Positions 1-12,122 of a DNA stretch of 64,000 bases are shown in pieces. The notes beneath the pieces were generated by a model, which saw only the letters and a program-made list of their open reading frames with translations, made no database searches and was not told the DNA's origin. The number at the start of each line of letters is the position of its first letter. Position 1 is the stretch's first letter. Source of the stretch: Felis catus (taxonomy: Eukaryota). The DNA is taken from NCBI RefSeq assembly GCF_018350175.1, contig NC_058368.1, positions 125,304,001 through 125,368,000 of the forward strand, read 5' to 3'. A program made the position numbers and the translations under genes.

Positions 1-904
1 CTAGAAATTGCTTAACTTTTAAGAAATTAATTTTGTCCTTTTTAGTAAACATGGTTGTAGTATTGTGGCCACACAGGATAAAATATATTGCATACTGAAT
101 CACATGGAAAGAAATGCAGGTTTATCAGTGCAATACAAACGAGTGTTTTAGTGAGAAAGTGGGAAAACCTTAGTAAAACACAGGGACAGTTTTAAAGGAG
201 AAAAATCTGATTTATTTCCTGACTTCTGTTACTCTGCCAGTATTCTCTACTTAGCATTTTTATAAAGATAAAAATTTATGTCTTTTTGTCATTGGTATTG
301 TGCCACTAATAATATAGACCATTTATTTTAAAGAAAGAGACTGTCTTCCTTCCTTTGGTGGAAATAAGGGCTTTTCTCTAAAGTGAGGGAAGTATTTGGT
401 AAGAAGAATGTCAGCTCTGTTCTGAACATGAGGTGAGGAACAGAAGCATCTCTTTATCAGTAACAGGACATAAAATGGGACAAGAGCTCTCAAATAAGTG
501 AGGGTACAAAGTTTGGTATCGAAAGTTGCTATTCCAAGGCCTCAGGTTCCCCTTAGAATTTTGGTGCCTGCATTGAAGTCTGGTGGATGCTGGTTAGACA
601 AGACCCAGATAATAACTCCGGTAATTGAGGTGATGAAGTTAAGTCTCAGTGGTGCATGCTTCAGGCTAACAACTAGGCATGTAGAAGAGGGCAGTACTGA
701 AATTCTTCCTGGAGTGGAGGTGACGGAAAGATCTCGTGTCTGATAGGGGAAAAGTAGGGTAAAAAAAAAAAAAAGTATTATCAGTGTATTGAATCTGAGC
801 CCAGGAACTGGACGTCGGGAACACCTTCCTCAGCTAGTGATGGGGTTAAGCCACACCAGAGGTACCACACATGGGCTCTAGGTCCATAGAATAGGGAACA
901 AGTT

Positions 905-1636
905 GCTTCTGGTTTCATTGATCTGTTCTACTGTTTGGTTGGTTGGTTTCGATAGCATTGATTTCTGCTCTAATCTTTATTATTTCCTGTTTCTGCTGGT
1001 TTGGGGTTTTATGTGCTGTTCTTTTTCCAGCTCTTTAAGGTGTAAGGTTAGGTTGTGTATCTGAGACCTTTCTTTCTTCTTCAGGAAGGCCTGGACTGCT
1101 ATATACTTCCCTCTTATGACTGCCTTTGCTGTGTCCCAGAGGTTTTGGGCTGTGGTGTTTTCATTTTCATTGGCTTCCATGTACTTTTTAATTTCCTCTT
1201 TAATTTCTTGGTTAGCCCATTCATTCTTTAGTAGGATGTTCTTTGGTCTCCCAAGTATTTATCTTTCCAAATTTTTTCTTGTGGTTGATTTTGAGTTTCA
1301 TAGTGTTGTGCTCTGAAAATATGCATGGTATGATCTCGATCTTTTTGTGCTTGTTGAGGGCTGATTTATGTCCTAGTATATGATCTTTTCTGGAGAATGT
1401 TCTATGTGCACTCAAGAAGAATGTATATTCTGCTTTAGGATGTAATGTTCTGAATATATCTGTTAAGTCCATCTGGTCCAATGTGTCATTCAAAGCCATT
1501 GTTTCCTTATTGATCTTCTGTTTAGATGATCTATTGCTATAAATGGGGTGTTGAAGTCCCCTACTATTATGGTATTATTATCAATGAGTTTCTTTATGTT
1601 TGTGATTGATTTATATACTGAGGTGCTCGCACATTT
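905..1636 (-). pseudogene. Frameshifted L1 ORF2p endonuclease/post-EN fragment
   Basis: IIVGDFNTP, DHILGHK and LWDTAKAV motifs are split across frames. Confidence 0.9.
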
Positions 1637-2352
1637 GCAGCTTAGTTACAGCATTTTTTAATTTCATCCTGACTAGTTTTTACTTCTTTATCTCCGCTGA
1701 GAGGAATTCTAATCTATTTTCAACCCCAGCTAGTATTCATATAATCATGATTGTAAATTCTGCTTCAGACATCTTGCTTGTATCTGTGTTAAGTCCTGGC
1801 TGTCATTTCTTCCTGCTCTTTGTTTTGGGGTGAATTCATTTCATCATTTTGGAGGAAAAAAAGTAATAAGAAAAAAAAGATTACAGGTAAAAAATTAAAA
1901 ACAACACACACAAAAAATCAAATAAATGATGCTAGATCCTAGGTGCATTTGGCCTGGTTGTTGAAAGATGCTTGATATATTAGAGAAAAAAGGGAAAGAT
2001 AAGAGAAGAAAAAACAAATGTTTGAAAATTTGAAAAAATGTAATGAAATATAATAAAATGAAATGAGGGAAATAAAATAGAATTTAAGAAGTTTATAAAA
2101 AAGTAAAAAGTATAGTAGAAAAAAGTTAAAAATATTTTTAATAAAAATTGAAAAAAAATTTCTTTCTGTATTCAAGAAAAAGCAATGAAAAAGAGAAAAA
2201 AAATTGAATAGGTGGACCAGCAAACAGATTGAAATACGATTGAAATTACAACGTTTTCCCCTAGAAATCGAACTATGAAGCACTTTATAGAGTCCGTAAC
2301 AGAGAGACTTCTGTTCATCAAGAGTGAGGTTGGCCCCGTTGGGCATGGCTTA

Positions 2353-2386
2353 GTGTAATGGCTCCATTCTCCACTAGATGGCGCTG
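2353..2386 (+). promoter_or_regulatory. CTCF core motif with upstream-motif-like sequence, inside the L1 5'UTR
   Basis: CCACTAGATGGCGC at 2371-2384 fits the CCASYAGRKGGCRS consensus. GTGTAATGGC lies upstream at about the U-motif spacing. Motif match only; no binding data. Confidence 0.5.
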
Positions 2387-3539
2387 CTTAGCTTACTCGG
2401 GTAGATTGTGGCGCTTGTAGGTGTGTGCGCGCATGTGCTGGAGGGGTGAAAATGGCGTCTCCCAGCTACCAGTCTAGTAGCAGAGGTCTGTTCTCAATCA
2501 GCAATCCGGCACCCATCGTCTGTTTCTGGCTTCCATCTACACTCCACTTTTACACTGTGACCAAGCCGCCAGATTGCCAGGCGGCATCTTTCTTCGGAGT
2601 TTTATCACAGATACGGCTGTATTTCCCAATCCCTCACTTCTGAGGGACCGCGGCTTTGACCTGCTCAGACCTTCTGGGGGAGGGTCTCACCGAGCAATGG
2701 CCAGGTGCCGGCCAGGCGGGACTGTGCTGCTGCCGATTCCCAGAGACTGCAGCTGGGTGCCAGCCAGCCCCAGAAAAAGTTAACACGATTGTGTAGCAGC
2801 AGTACTTCAGGGATTATGGAAAATCACAACACACATTTGGTACTGGACTTCACCCTTAACGTCCTTGTGCCGGCACCAGCAAATGTGGCTGTTCTCTGGG
2901 GTCCGCTGGGACGTTTGCCTGTGGGGTGGCCGCACAGCCTCCACCAAATGTCCTCCCAGGAGGGGACCCAACTCTCCTCATGTGGTCCAAGGACCCAGTG
3001 GACTTCCCTCTCTGATCCTGGGGATTCGCCCTTCCCATCACAGCACCACCAGGTATCCAGCTGTGGAGTTTCAGACTCTGCCCTCCCCGTTTATAGACTC
3101 TAATGGAATTTAAACCCTCTCCTTTCTCCTTTCTCCCTTTTTTGTTCAGTCTCAGCAGCAGTTTCCACTTTTCCACTTTCTCTCCAGCTGCTTTTGGGGG
3201 GGTGCTTTTCTCATACTCTCCCCCCATCTTTGTCCTCTCTCCACAAGTAAAAACAGTTGCCTGCACAGTGCAGTTCCCTGCACTCCACGGCTTCTCTCTC
3301 CCCCAGTTCACCTCTCTGTGCCACATATCTGCTGAATTCTGTGGTTCAGGTTGTGCAGATTGTTGTGTTGATCCTCAAATGAGTTTCCTAGATGTGCAGG
3401 ATGGTTTAGTGTTGACCTGGCTGTATTTCATGGATGCAAGACGCGAAGAAAAAAACCCTTCCATGCTGTTCCGCCATCTTAAACATGTTCTTCTTTGAAC
3501 CTTAGACCAATTGCTGGAGTGTAGTGAATAGCCTTAGTA

Positions 3540-3672
3540 CTCCCTATTCATACAATCTGAAACTCAAGGAGGTTAGTAAACTGCCCAAAGTCTTCCTGCT
3601 AGTATATGAGTGCACTGGAACTTGAATGAGGGCTTCTAATTTCCTAAATCATTGTGCTTTTTACTATATCAG
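3540..3672 (-). mobile_element. MIR fragment
   Basis: Degenerate MIR core (gaaactcaaggaggttagtaaactgcccaaagtc). Confidence 0.55.
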
Positions 3673-4204
3673 GCAACCTTAATGAAGCAGTTAGGGCCAA
3701 TTCAAAGATGTTGGATGGCTGCAGAGTTCTGTCACTGAATGAAAAATCTTTCACTAGAGTTCTTGCAAAATGGTTTGCTTGTGAGGAGAGAGTGAGCAGT
3801 GGCGGTATTCAAGCAAGAATTTGGTGACTGGTTTTCATAGATACTGTGAAGGACCTCTTGCATTTGGGAAAATCTTGGTGCTGATCACTGTCATGGTCCT
3901 TTTGACTTAGATTGTTTGGTCTTAAGGAAATTAAATGTGTTAGCTCATACTTTTAAAGTTTACATTATTTTTCATTGTGATTCATTTCAAAGTTGTAAGA
4001 AATGTAAGCTGCTTTCACTTAGATGTTTCGTGTAATTTATTTGCCTTATGTTTTCTGATAGCAAAATGTGAGTAACATGACCTGGAATATTTAGCCTTAT
4101 GTGTCTGTCCCAGTGCATCACACAGAATATTAAAAAGGCATGCACTCAAGTGTTGAAATCTAGCAAAATTAATAACTTTTACTGTTTTAGCAGAACATTC
4201 CTCT

Positions 4205-4386
4205 TTTTTAAATCTTTATTTATTTGTTTTGTGAAAGAGAGATGAGAGGGAGACAGAGAATCCCAAGCAGGCTCTGTGCTGCCAGCGTGGAGTCAAATGC
4301 GGGGCTCAAACCCACAAACTGTGAGATCATGACCTAAGACAAAATCAAGAGTTGGACGCCTAACCGACTGAGCCACCCAGGTGCCC
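4205..4386 (-). mobile_element. CanSINE (SINEC)
   Basis: Reverse tRNA-like head (tgagccacccaggtgccc), GA tract and T tail; TSD ttttagcaga(a)cattc. Confidence 0.95.
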
Positions 4387-4414
4387 TTTTAGCAGACATT
4401 CTTAAAAAAATTTT

Positions 4415-4640
4415 GGGGGGCTCCTGGGTGGCTCAATTGGTTAAGCGTCCGACTTTGGCTCAGGTCATGATCTCAAGGACTGTGAGTTCGAGCCCCATGT
4501 CAGGCTCTGTGCTGACAGCTCAGAGCCTGGAGCCTGTTTTGGATTCTGTGTCTCCTTCTCTCTCTGCCCCTCCCCTGGTTGTGCTCTGTCTCTCTTGCTC
4601 TCAAAAATAAATAAAACATAAAAACAATTAAAAATAAAAA
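4415..4640 (+). mobile_element. CanSINE (SINEC_Fc)
   Basis: ggggctcctgggtggctca head, CT tract, aataaataaa tail. Confidence 0.95.
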
Positions 4641-4660
4641 TGTTTAAATGTTTATTTTTA

Positions 4661-4710
<50 letters not shown>

Positions 4711-4852
4711 AGTGTGAGCAGGGAAGGGGGAGAGGGAGAGGAGACAGAAAATCCAAATCAGGCTCCAGGCTCAGGGCTCCAACTCATCAACTTTGAGATC
4801 ATGACCTGAGCCAAAGTTGGACACTTAACTGACTGAGCCACCCAGGCGCCCC
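4641..4852 (-). mobile_element. CanSINE with (GA)n tract
   Basis: Ends cccaggcgcccc and is followed by a third copy of the target agcagaacattctt. Confidence 0.95.
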
Positions 4853-5031
4853 AAGCAGAACATTCTTAAATGACTATTTTCCCCCCTCACCTTCCTATTA
4901 GTGTCTGAGAATTAAAAAATAGAATTATTACTAATACTGTTTGGTGTTACCACCTTGATTCATAGTGAAGTACCAGCAGTTTACCCGTTTATTTTCTGTC
5001 TTGACTATGCACCCTTACCTGAATGTTAAGG

Positions 5032-5720
5032 CCTCCTTTTGGATACTGTAGAAGGAAGGGAGGCATAGGCACATGCATAACGACGGCCATACCCAGGATG
5101 GCACTTTTACTTCAATTAAAGGGCTGGGAGTTGGCTGGGAGTGTTGTGGGGCTGGGGAGGAGTTATTTAAATGGAAGTGTTATTTGCAGGTTGCAGAGAG
5201 AAAGTAGGGGCTGCTCTATGTTTGTGCTACGTCAACTGGAAGGTGATGTAAGGGCATGATAGCCACAGAGGCACGTACTGATTAGGCCCATACCCTTGCA
5301 ATGATTTTGGAGTGGTTCTTCAACAAGGACAAAAATAGAGGTGATCAGGTAGAGGATGGCTGCTATGAGGGTTCAGAAGAAGTCACTTCTAGGCCAGTGA
5401 TGATTTGTATCTTGGTGTGCAGGTCACACATGTAGATGACAAAGAAGATAGCAGCAAGGATCATCTCCACTACTGCCAGGGAGGAGTGTCCTGGTGTGGA
5501 GGCCCTGAAGCAGATCAGAATCACCAGGTACCATATACTCTCAGCAAAGAGGAGAATTCCCTTTCACATTCATGAAAAGTTGGTACAGGATGCCCACCAG
5601 CTGGAGGCTGACCTGGGCTTGGAATCTGGCACGGGGTGGGCCGGAGTCCCTTGGGGCACAGATCTTGCTTGCTTGTGTAGTCAGAGATGCTTGCACACCC
5701 TGTCATCTTGCTTGCTGTCT
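5032..5720 (-). pseudogene. PLP2: Processed pseudogene of proteolipid protein 2 (MARVEL-domain A4 protein)
   Basis: Hand translation of the minus strand from 5632 gives (V)PDSKPRSASSWWASCTNFS*M*KGILLFAESIWYLVILICFRASTPGHSSLAVVEMILAAIFFVIYMCDLHTKIQII/WPRSDFF*TLIAAILYLITSIFVLVE/NHSKIIA. This matches recalled PLP2 (KGILLFAEIILCLVILICFSASTPGYSSLSVIEMILAAIFFVVYMCDLHTK). It is intronless, the ATG is lost, and it has stops and frameshifts. PLP2-like 3'UTR extends to about 5032. Confidence 0.93.
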
Positions 5721-5759
5721 GGCCAGAAAGGGGGCTCCTGTGGCAAAGGAGGGACTGAA

Positions 5760-6236
5760 TCACCTTGCTATCTTAGAAATTTCTTTTCTTGTTTTTTAAA
5801 TGTTTTAATGTTTATTTATTTTTGAGAGAGAAAGAGAGCATGAGGCGGAGGAGGGGCAGAGAGAGAGGGAGACACAGAATCTGAAGCAGGCTCCAGTCTC
5901 TGAGCTGTCAACACAGAGCTCGATGTGGGGCTCGAACCCATGAATCATAAGGTCGTGACCTGAGCTGAAGTCAGATGCTTAATTGACTGAGCCACCCAAG
6001 CTCCCTTGTACCTTATAAATTTCTTTAAAAACACAGTATATAAACGCATTTCATTAGCAGAGCAATAACATTAGTATGCCTTGAAGTCTCTGGAAAACAC
6101 TGTACATGCATGAGAAAAGGAAAGTGACAAAAGTGAAAACATGTTGGTATTATAACAAAAATAGTGTGAACTGAACCAACCCTCAAAGAGTCTCAGAGAT
6201 TCTCAGGAACCTGGGCTCTAGTTAGAGAACCAGTGT
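5760..6236. mobile_element. MER20B-like hAT fragment interrupted by a SINE
   Basis: catgagaaaagg...gtattataacaaaaatagt...gagaaccagtg resembles the MER20B end. Confidence 0.55.
5782..6005 (-). mobile_element. CanSINE (SINEC_Fc)
   Basis: Full reverse SINE; decayed TSD around cttagaaatttc/cttataaatttc. Confidence 0.95.
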
Positions 6237-6639
6237 CGAGGATAGATGGAATATACTTACACCAAATGCCAGTAAGTAATTCAAAACATGACATTTTCCT
6301 CTGCAGCACTAAGACCACTCCCACCAGACCTTGAACTCACTCACTGAGGGCACTGATCATACTTTATTTTTACTTATATCCTTGTTACACCTCCTTGTTC
6401 ATAAAAAATGAACAATGCTTAATAAATGTTCATTGAAGAAATTTGAGGAACTTTTTATTTCAGATAACGTGGTGAAAATATTTTTAAGTCTTCGGTGCCC
6501 TCAGGTGGCATAATATTGCAAGGCAATTTAGAAAAATACTGCACGTATTATTTTTTAATCCTTAAACCCAGTTTGAGTTTAGGTTGCTACTTCTATGTGT
6601 TAATAAATCTTTTATTCCGCCCCAAATTATCTTGCATAA

Positions 6640-7190
6640 TTCAAACAAATTATTTGGATATATTCCATCCCTCATGTGAAACAAACAAATAGCCTTCATT
6701 ATATAACAAAACCATAAATCTGTATGCCCTTTGATCCAGCACTCCTCAGAAAAAAATGGCAGGATGTAAAGATAAGTTCTGGTTCTTTCTTTTTGCTATT
6801 TCATATGAGTGTATATTTCCTCACATATACCTGTATTTTTGCCACCATATTACATATAAATGATATGTGTATGTATCATATACCTATATAATATAGTAGC
6901 AAAAAGTCAGTAGAAACAACCAAAATGTTCATAAATAAGGGAATTTTGAATAAATTATGATACATCCATTCTATGGATTATTGTGAACCTATTAGAAAGA
7001 ATGAAGTATATCTATATATTACCTGAGGAAGTATCTTTGAAATATTATTAAGTGAAAAAAGAAAATTGTAGAATATTATGTGAAGTTTAATCCTATTTTA
7101 GAAAAATAAAGAGGAGAAAGAAGTCTATCTGCATCTATATTTGTGTATCTTTGAACATAGAGAAAGTTATGGAAGGATTCTTTAAAAAAT
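6640..7190 (+). mobile_element. Ancient L1M (L1MC/ME-type) 3' fragment
   Basis: gaaacaaccaaaatgttc...aataaattatgatacatccat...aagtgaaaaaag motifs. Confidence 0.65.
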
Positions 7191-7210
7191 TTTTTTAAAA
7201 CTGCATTTTG

Positions 7211-7351
7211 TATGTGTGTGTATTATATATAACACACATATATATACATTATATTTGGTATATACACATATATATTATATATATAATATATATACACACA
7301 TATATTATATATATATTATACATATAATATATATATACACACATACATATA

Positions 7352-7404
<53 letters not shown>
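7211..7404. repeat. (TA)n/(CA)-interrupted microsatellite
   Basis: Directly visible. Confidence 0.95.
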
Positions 7405-7407
<3 letters not shown>

Positions 7408-7689
7408 CCAGAGGCCATTCTCTACCATTTCCTAAACTAGTTTGGGATTAGAAGGGCAGAACTCTTTGGCAGAAGTTAGGGAAGGATTCCTAAGGTTGAT
7501 TACTTCTGTGGAGTAGGGATTGGATGGGGATGGAGACAAGATTATCTTTACATTAATTTTTAATTACTGATGTAATTAATGAATCCATATATTTGTAACC
7601 TGGAGCCTTTGCATACCACTCCTGGCCCTCTTCCGTTCTCTCTCCCTTGTTATCTGTTTAGTATGTGGCCTTCCTGATATTTTCTGCAT

Positions 7690-8058
7690 ATTTACATGGT
7701 TATTTATGCACATGGAGAGAATTTGTAGTATTAAAAAAAGTACATGACACCATGCCATATGGATCTTTCTACAATATACTTTTTTCCCTTTACTGTGTTT
7801 TTTGGATATATATCCATGTTAGCACATGTAAACTACCTTATTCTTATGAAATGCTGAATAGCTTAAGTAATCAATCATAGCATAGATAATCAACCATCTA
7901 TTTGGCTCTTCCCTTGCTGATGGGTAGTTAGATTGTTCTCATTTTTTAGATATTACAAACAATGTTGCAGTCCCCACCCTTGTAGCCTTGTATACGTGTT
8001 CCTGTTTTTCTGGGAGAGTCACTAAGTGGTGAAATTGCTGGGTCATAGGGTATGCAAT
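7690..8058 (-). mobile_element. Ancient L1M fragment
   Basis: gattgttctc...attacaaacaatgttgca...gaaattgctgggtcatagggtatg motifs. Confidence 0.65.
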
Positions 8059-8082
8059 TAAAAAAAACAACAACACAGTTTT

Positions 8083-8310
8083 AGGGCACCTGGGTGGCTC
8101 AGTCGGGTAAATGCCCAACTCTTGATTTCTTGATTGTGGCTCGGGTCATGATCTCACTGTTGGTGGGTTTGAGCCCTGAATTGGGCTCCACAGGGACAGT
8201 GCAGTGTGGAGCCTGCTTGGGATTCTCTGTCTCCCTCTCTCTCTGCCTCTACCCCATTTGTTCTCTCTCTCATTCTCTCTCTCTCAAAATAAATATACTA
8301 AAAAAAAAAA
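8083..8310 (+). mobile_element. CanSINE
   Basis: Head gggcacctgggtggctcagtc, CT tract, A tail. Confidence 0.95.
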
Positions 8311-8714
8311 GTTTCAAAAAGGATTTTGTGGAAAGGATGCTATGACAATTTAAAAATGAGTCTAAGTTTTAAAGCCAGCATGTATTCCAGGTAATGAAAA
8401 AAAAAAAAGAAAAGAAAATCCATAAAAGTCTTTGCTAACTCTCTCTAGACGTGTGAATGAGATTAGGTGGATTTTTGCCTGTCTAGGCTTTCTCTAGGGA
8501 TTCTTCCCATCTGAGGCAGGAGGTAGAGAAAGTCCCCTCAGACAGCAAAGACTAATGAATCTTCAGAGAACTTATTTCTGACCATATGGCATCTGGAACT
8601 TAACTGCAAGGATGAAAAAAATCTTTAAATTTACCATTTGGTATTCTCTCACAGTTTTGGCATGAGAGAAAAGCATCTTTGAGCACCAGATGATTTTATT
8701 GATTTATTTACTTT

Positions 8715-8822
8715 GTTTATTTTTCTTTTAAAGTTAATTCTACCCCTAACGTGGGGCTGGAACTCACAATCAAGAGTGATCAAGAGTCACATGCTCTGCC
8801 AACTGAGCCAGCCAGTTGCCCC
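8715..8822 (-). mobile_element. Short tRNA-derived CanSINE variant without CT tract
   Basis: cctaacgtggggctggaactcac...ctgagccagccagttgcccc. Confidence 0.8.
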
Positions 8823-9922
8823 AAGATTTTGAGTATGTGAAAATAATGGCTGAGGGAAAAAAGTTCTTTAGAATTCATAGAAAAGTGTCAAATGGAAATG
8901 TTTACTTCTATGACACCACCAGTTGTTGTAGAACATACTCAGATAATTTAGTGGTGGTTTTAATAGAAATAAAACTACTCAGCTAATGAATTTGTTACCT
9001 TACAGGATGTTCTTAGGGAAGACATCCAAGCAGTACTTTCATACTTGTTGACAGGTGCATCACTTACCAGCAGAGGGGGCCAAAGAGCTTTCCATGATTG
9101 GGAAAATCCCTGACTACAGAATTCGGGTCAGGATCACCTTTGCCAGCCTAATGGTGCAGCCTATACAGTGTTTAAAACTTTGGTGTCCAAGAAACAATGT
9201 CATAGCTTTCATTAACATTATTAAAAATTTATACATAGAATAACATATGCTTATTTTTAAAAATATAATACTAAAATATAATGCTAAAAAACTAATGCAA
9301 AAAATCTTTTTGTATATAAAAATAGAAAATGATACAAGATATACCTACACTCTCCACTCCTTCATTCTCTTCAATTCTACTGTCCAGGGGCAACCATTTT
9401 CAACTCCTGTTTCTTTAGCCTTGGAAAAAAAAATCATGTATCTGTTTCATAATACAACATCAAAGCACAGATTTAAAAAATACAGAAGGGAGCTCGGTGA
9501 AAAATATTTTTTCTCTCCCACTTGTTTCCCCAGCCTCCTTTTTCCCTTCGCTAGTGGCAGCCATTGTGAGCAGTTCATTGACTATCCTGCCAGAGGGAAT
9601 CCATTTGATGCATCTTTGACAAAATAATTGCAGAAATGCAATACATGCATATGGTTCAAAATTCAAAAGCTTCCATTAGGAATTCAGAGAACAGTCTCAC
9701 TCTCACCTCTGCCTCTCAGAGGTAACATATTAACTCATATTTCTGAATTTATCAATCTGAGACTTTAGCTACTGGGTTTATATTAGGGTAGATAGTTGGC
9801 CTCTGGTGTTCCCATCCTCATTCCCTTCTCCAATGTCCTGATGTAAACATAACAATGGCATCATTTTGTAGACCATACTTTTTCACTGCTGAGCTTAATA
9901 TTGGGAGTAATTTTTCCTTTCG

Positions 9923-10142
9923 TTTTTAAAAAAAAATTTTAATGTTTATTTTTGAGACAGAAAGAGAGACAGAGTGCGAGCCAGGAAGGGGCAGAGAGAG
10001 AGGGAGACACAGAATCCAAAGCAGGCTCCAGGCTCTGAGCTGTCAGCACAGAGCCCGACGCAGCGCTTGAACCCATGAACTGTGAGATCATGACTTGAGC
10101 TGAAGTCGGACGCTTAACCAACTGAGCCACCCAGGCGCCCCC
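9923..10142 (-). mobile_element. CanSINE (SINEC_Fc)
   Basis: Full reverse SINE; TSD taattttt. Confidence 0.95.
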
Positions 10143-10426
10143 ATAATTTTTCTTTTCTTATATAATATTTAGTTAACCCGGTGTTAATTGCTTCACTTTT
10201 TCATTGGCTTCACTTTTTTATGCACTTGGCCTTGATTTTGCATGCATATCATCTGATTTGTCAAATGCCAATGATATTTTCCAAATTAGCAAACGTATTT
10301 TTTCCCCTTCTCTGTCTTCTTGCTTTAGGCTGAACTGCTTGTGCTCTGAGCCTGGACAGAGCTCCTGTCCTCCAACTTGCCTTCATCCCTTAACCCTGTT
10401 GGAGCTCCTTTTGCCTGGGTCCCATG

Positions 10427-10758
10427 TGTTAAATTAATTAAACAAGGAAGCCACTAGACTGAAGAGGTTCTAATGCATTATGGCCTATGCAAACAAACCA
10501 AAATCTAAGCCCATAAATGCCTCAAAGTTACAAAATTGAAATGCTAAAGACAACCAGTCACAGACCGTCAACTCGCCTTTAAGTTATAACCAGTTATATG
10601 ATTTCCTTTCTTTGCCTCCACACCTTCTCTATATAAGTTTTTCCCCTGCCCCTGTTGGGGAAGCCCTCCTGCCCACCTCTGGTTTGACACTGCCTGAATC
10701 AATTTTGGCTTTAACTCTTAACAGTTTTAATGTTTAATGTTCAGTTTATCTTTTAACA
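10427..10758 (+). mobile_element. Solo ERV1-type LTR
   Basis: Inverted termini TGTTAAA...TTTAACA, flanks catg/catt (4-bp TSD with one mismatch) and an internal TATATAA. Family not determined. Confidence 0.65.
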
Positions 10759-10779
10759 CATTTCATTTTCTGCATTTAT

Positions 10780-11200
10780 TCCCTTATTTGCTGGAGGGAA
10801 CTTCCCAAGGACCTTCCTAAGAGAGAGTGCCTATTTAATATTTTGAATTCCTTTCAAGTCTGAACAGGTCTTATTTCTTGATACATACTTTGGCCTGATG
10901 TGTATATGTCTAGGTTGGTAATCTTTTCCCTGTGAAATTTCTCCATTACCTTTCAGTGTCTCTGGTTGAGAAGTTTGATGGCATGACAATTCCTGATCCT
11001 TTGTATGTGACCTGCTTTTTTTCTTTCTTTTTTCCCAGGCTCATGGAACTTTTTGCAGATATTACTTTGTGTAGGTCTTCCTTCATTTATTCTTCTAGGC
11101 ATTGAGGAGATCTTTTCAGTTCATGGAACTTTCCCTATATTTCTTTACTTTCTTCCATCCAGCAAGTCACCTGCTGTTGTATCCTCTCCTGTAAAATTGT
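10780..11200 (-). mobile_element. Ancient L1M/HAL1-like fragment
   Basis: ttgagaagtttgatg...cctttgtatgtgacctgc motif. Confidence 0.45.
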
Positions 11201-11852
11201 CCCTGTGGGTTATAGGTCTCCCATGCATTTCGTATTGCTTTAGTGAAGTCCTGGAAAGATTGAGGACATAACATGGGTGCTCAGTTGGCCACAGTAAACC
11301 AAGTGTTTGTGTCCCTTTACTTGTTGGAGGATTCCTGAAAGAGGGGCCCCCTGGGAATCTTTGGAAAACATCTTTCAAAACACGAAACGCAGAACCAGCA
11401 GAATATCTTTAAGTAAATGGTTTTGTAAGGGGAACGTTATAGAAAAGGCCCCCTTCTCTTTTGACCTTGTCCCGTCCTCAATGCCAGAATTAAAGTGGGC
11501 ACTGTAGACATGGAAGGGCTGCATTTTAGAGAAATTGACAGGGAAGCATAAACAGGATGTGGTGGCTGTCTGGCTACGCAGAAGAGGATCCAAGAGACTA
11601 CCAGTGTTGGTGTGAGCTTTGCACCTGGCCCTGCTTAGGGCAGATGAGCAACAGAAGCTTCTTTCTTTCTCCACTGCCTCCACCCCTCCCATAATGGGGC
11701 TCTTTCACCTTGGGTGCCAGATCCCAGATCCCTGTGTCACCCTGGTGGGCCCCTTCTTGGCCCCAGACAAAATCCTTGACTCCATTGTGCTTCCCTGCTC
11801 TTCTCTGCTATCAAAAATTGACTTTTTATTTCTTTTTTTAAAATTATGTCTT

Positions 11853-12070
11853 GGGGTACCTGGATGGCTCAGTCGGTTAAGTGTCCAACTTTGGCTCAGG
11901 TCATGATCTTGCGGTCCTTGAGTTTGAGCCCCGCGTAGGGCTCTGTGCTGACAGCTCAGGGCCTGGAGCCTGCTTTGGATTCTGTGTTTCCCTCTCTCTC
12001 TGCCCCTCCCCTGCTTGTGCTCTGTCTCTCTGTCACTCAAAAATAAATAAACATTGAAAGTATTTTAAAA
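11853..12070 (+). mobile_element. CanSINE (SINEC_Fc)
   Basis: Full element; TSD aaaatt(a/c)tgtctt. Confidence 0.95.
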
Positions 12071-12122
12071 ATTCTGTCTTTTAGATGTTGTATACACATC
12101 AATCCTTGCTCCTGTAGTAGTT

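Larger units (their letters stand above)
905..3480 (-). mobile_element. Carnivore L1, 5' portion only: 5'UTR, ORF1 N-terminus, ORF2 endonuclease region; internally deleted and 3'-truncated
   Basis: Minus strand begins AAGATGGCGG (L1 5' end) at about 3480. A GC-rich then T-rich 5'UTR follows, with an ORF1-like start at about 1847. ORF2 peptides (LNDTLDQMDLTDIFRTLHP..., NLWDTAKAVIRGKYIA...) appear in ORFs 1221-1499 and 980-1180. Confidence 0.92.

Noticed and set aside
2425..3498. GC/CpG-rich stretch with several 70-156 aa ORFs, resembling a gene promoter or first exon
   Set aside because: It lies wholly within the L1 5'UTR.
5436..5825. Plus-strand ORF with apparent histone H3-like spacing (PG..AL..IR..RY...PF...LV...DL..S)
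   Set aside because: The opposite strand matches PLP2 far better over the same bases. The H3 resemblance is a chance antisense reading.
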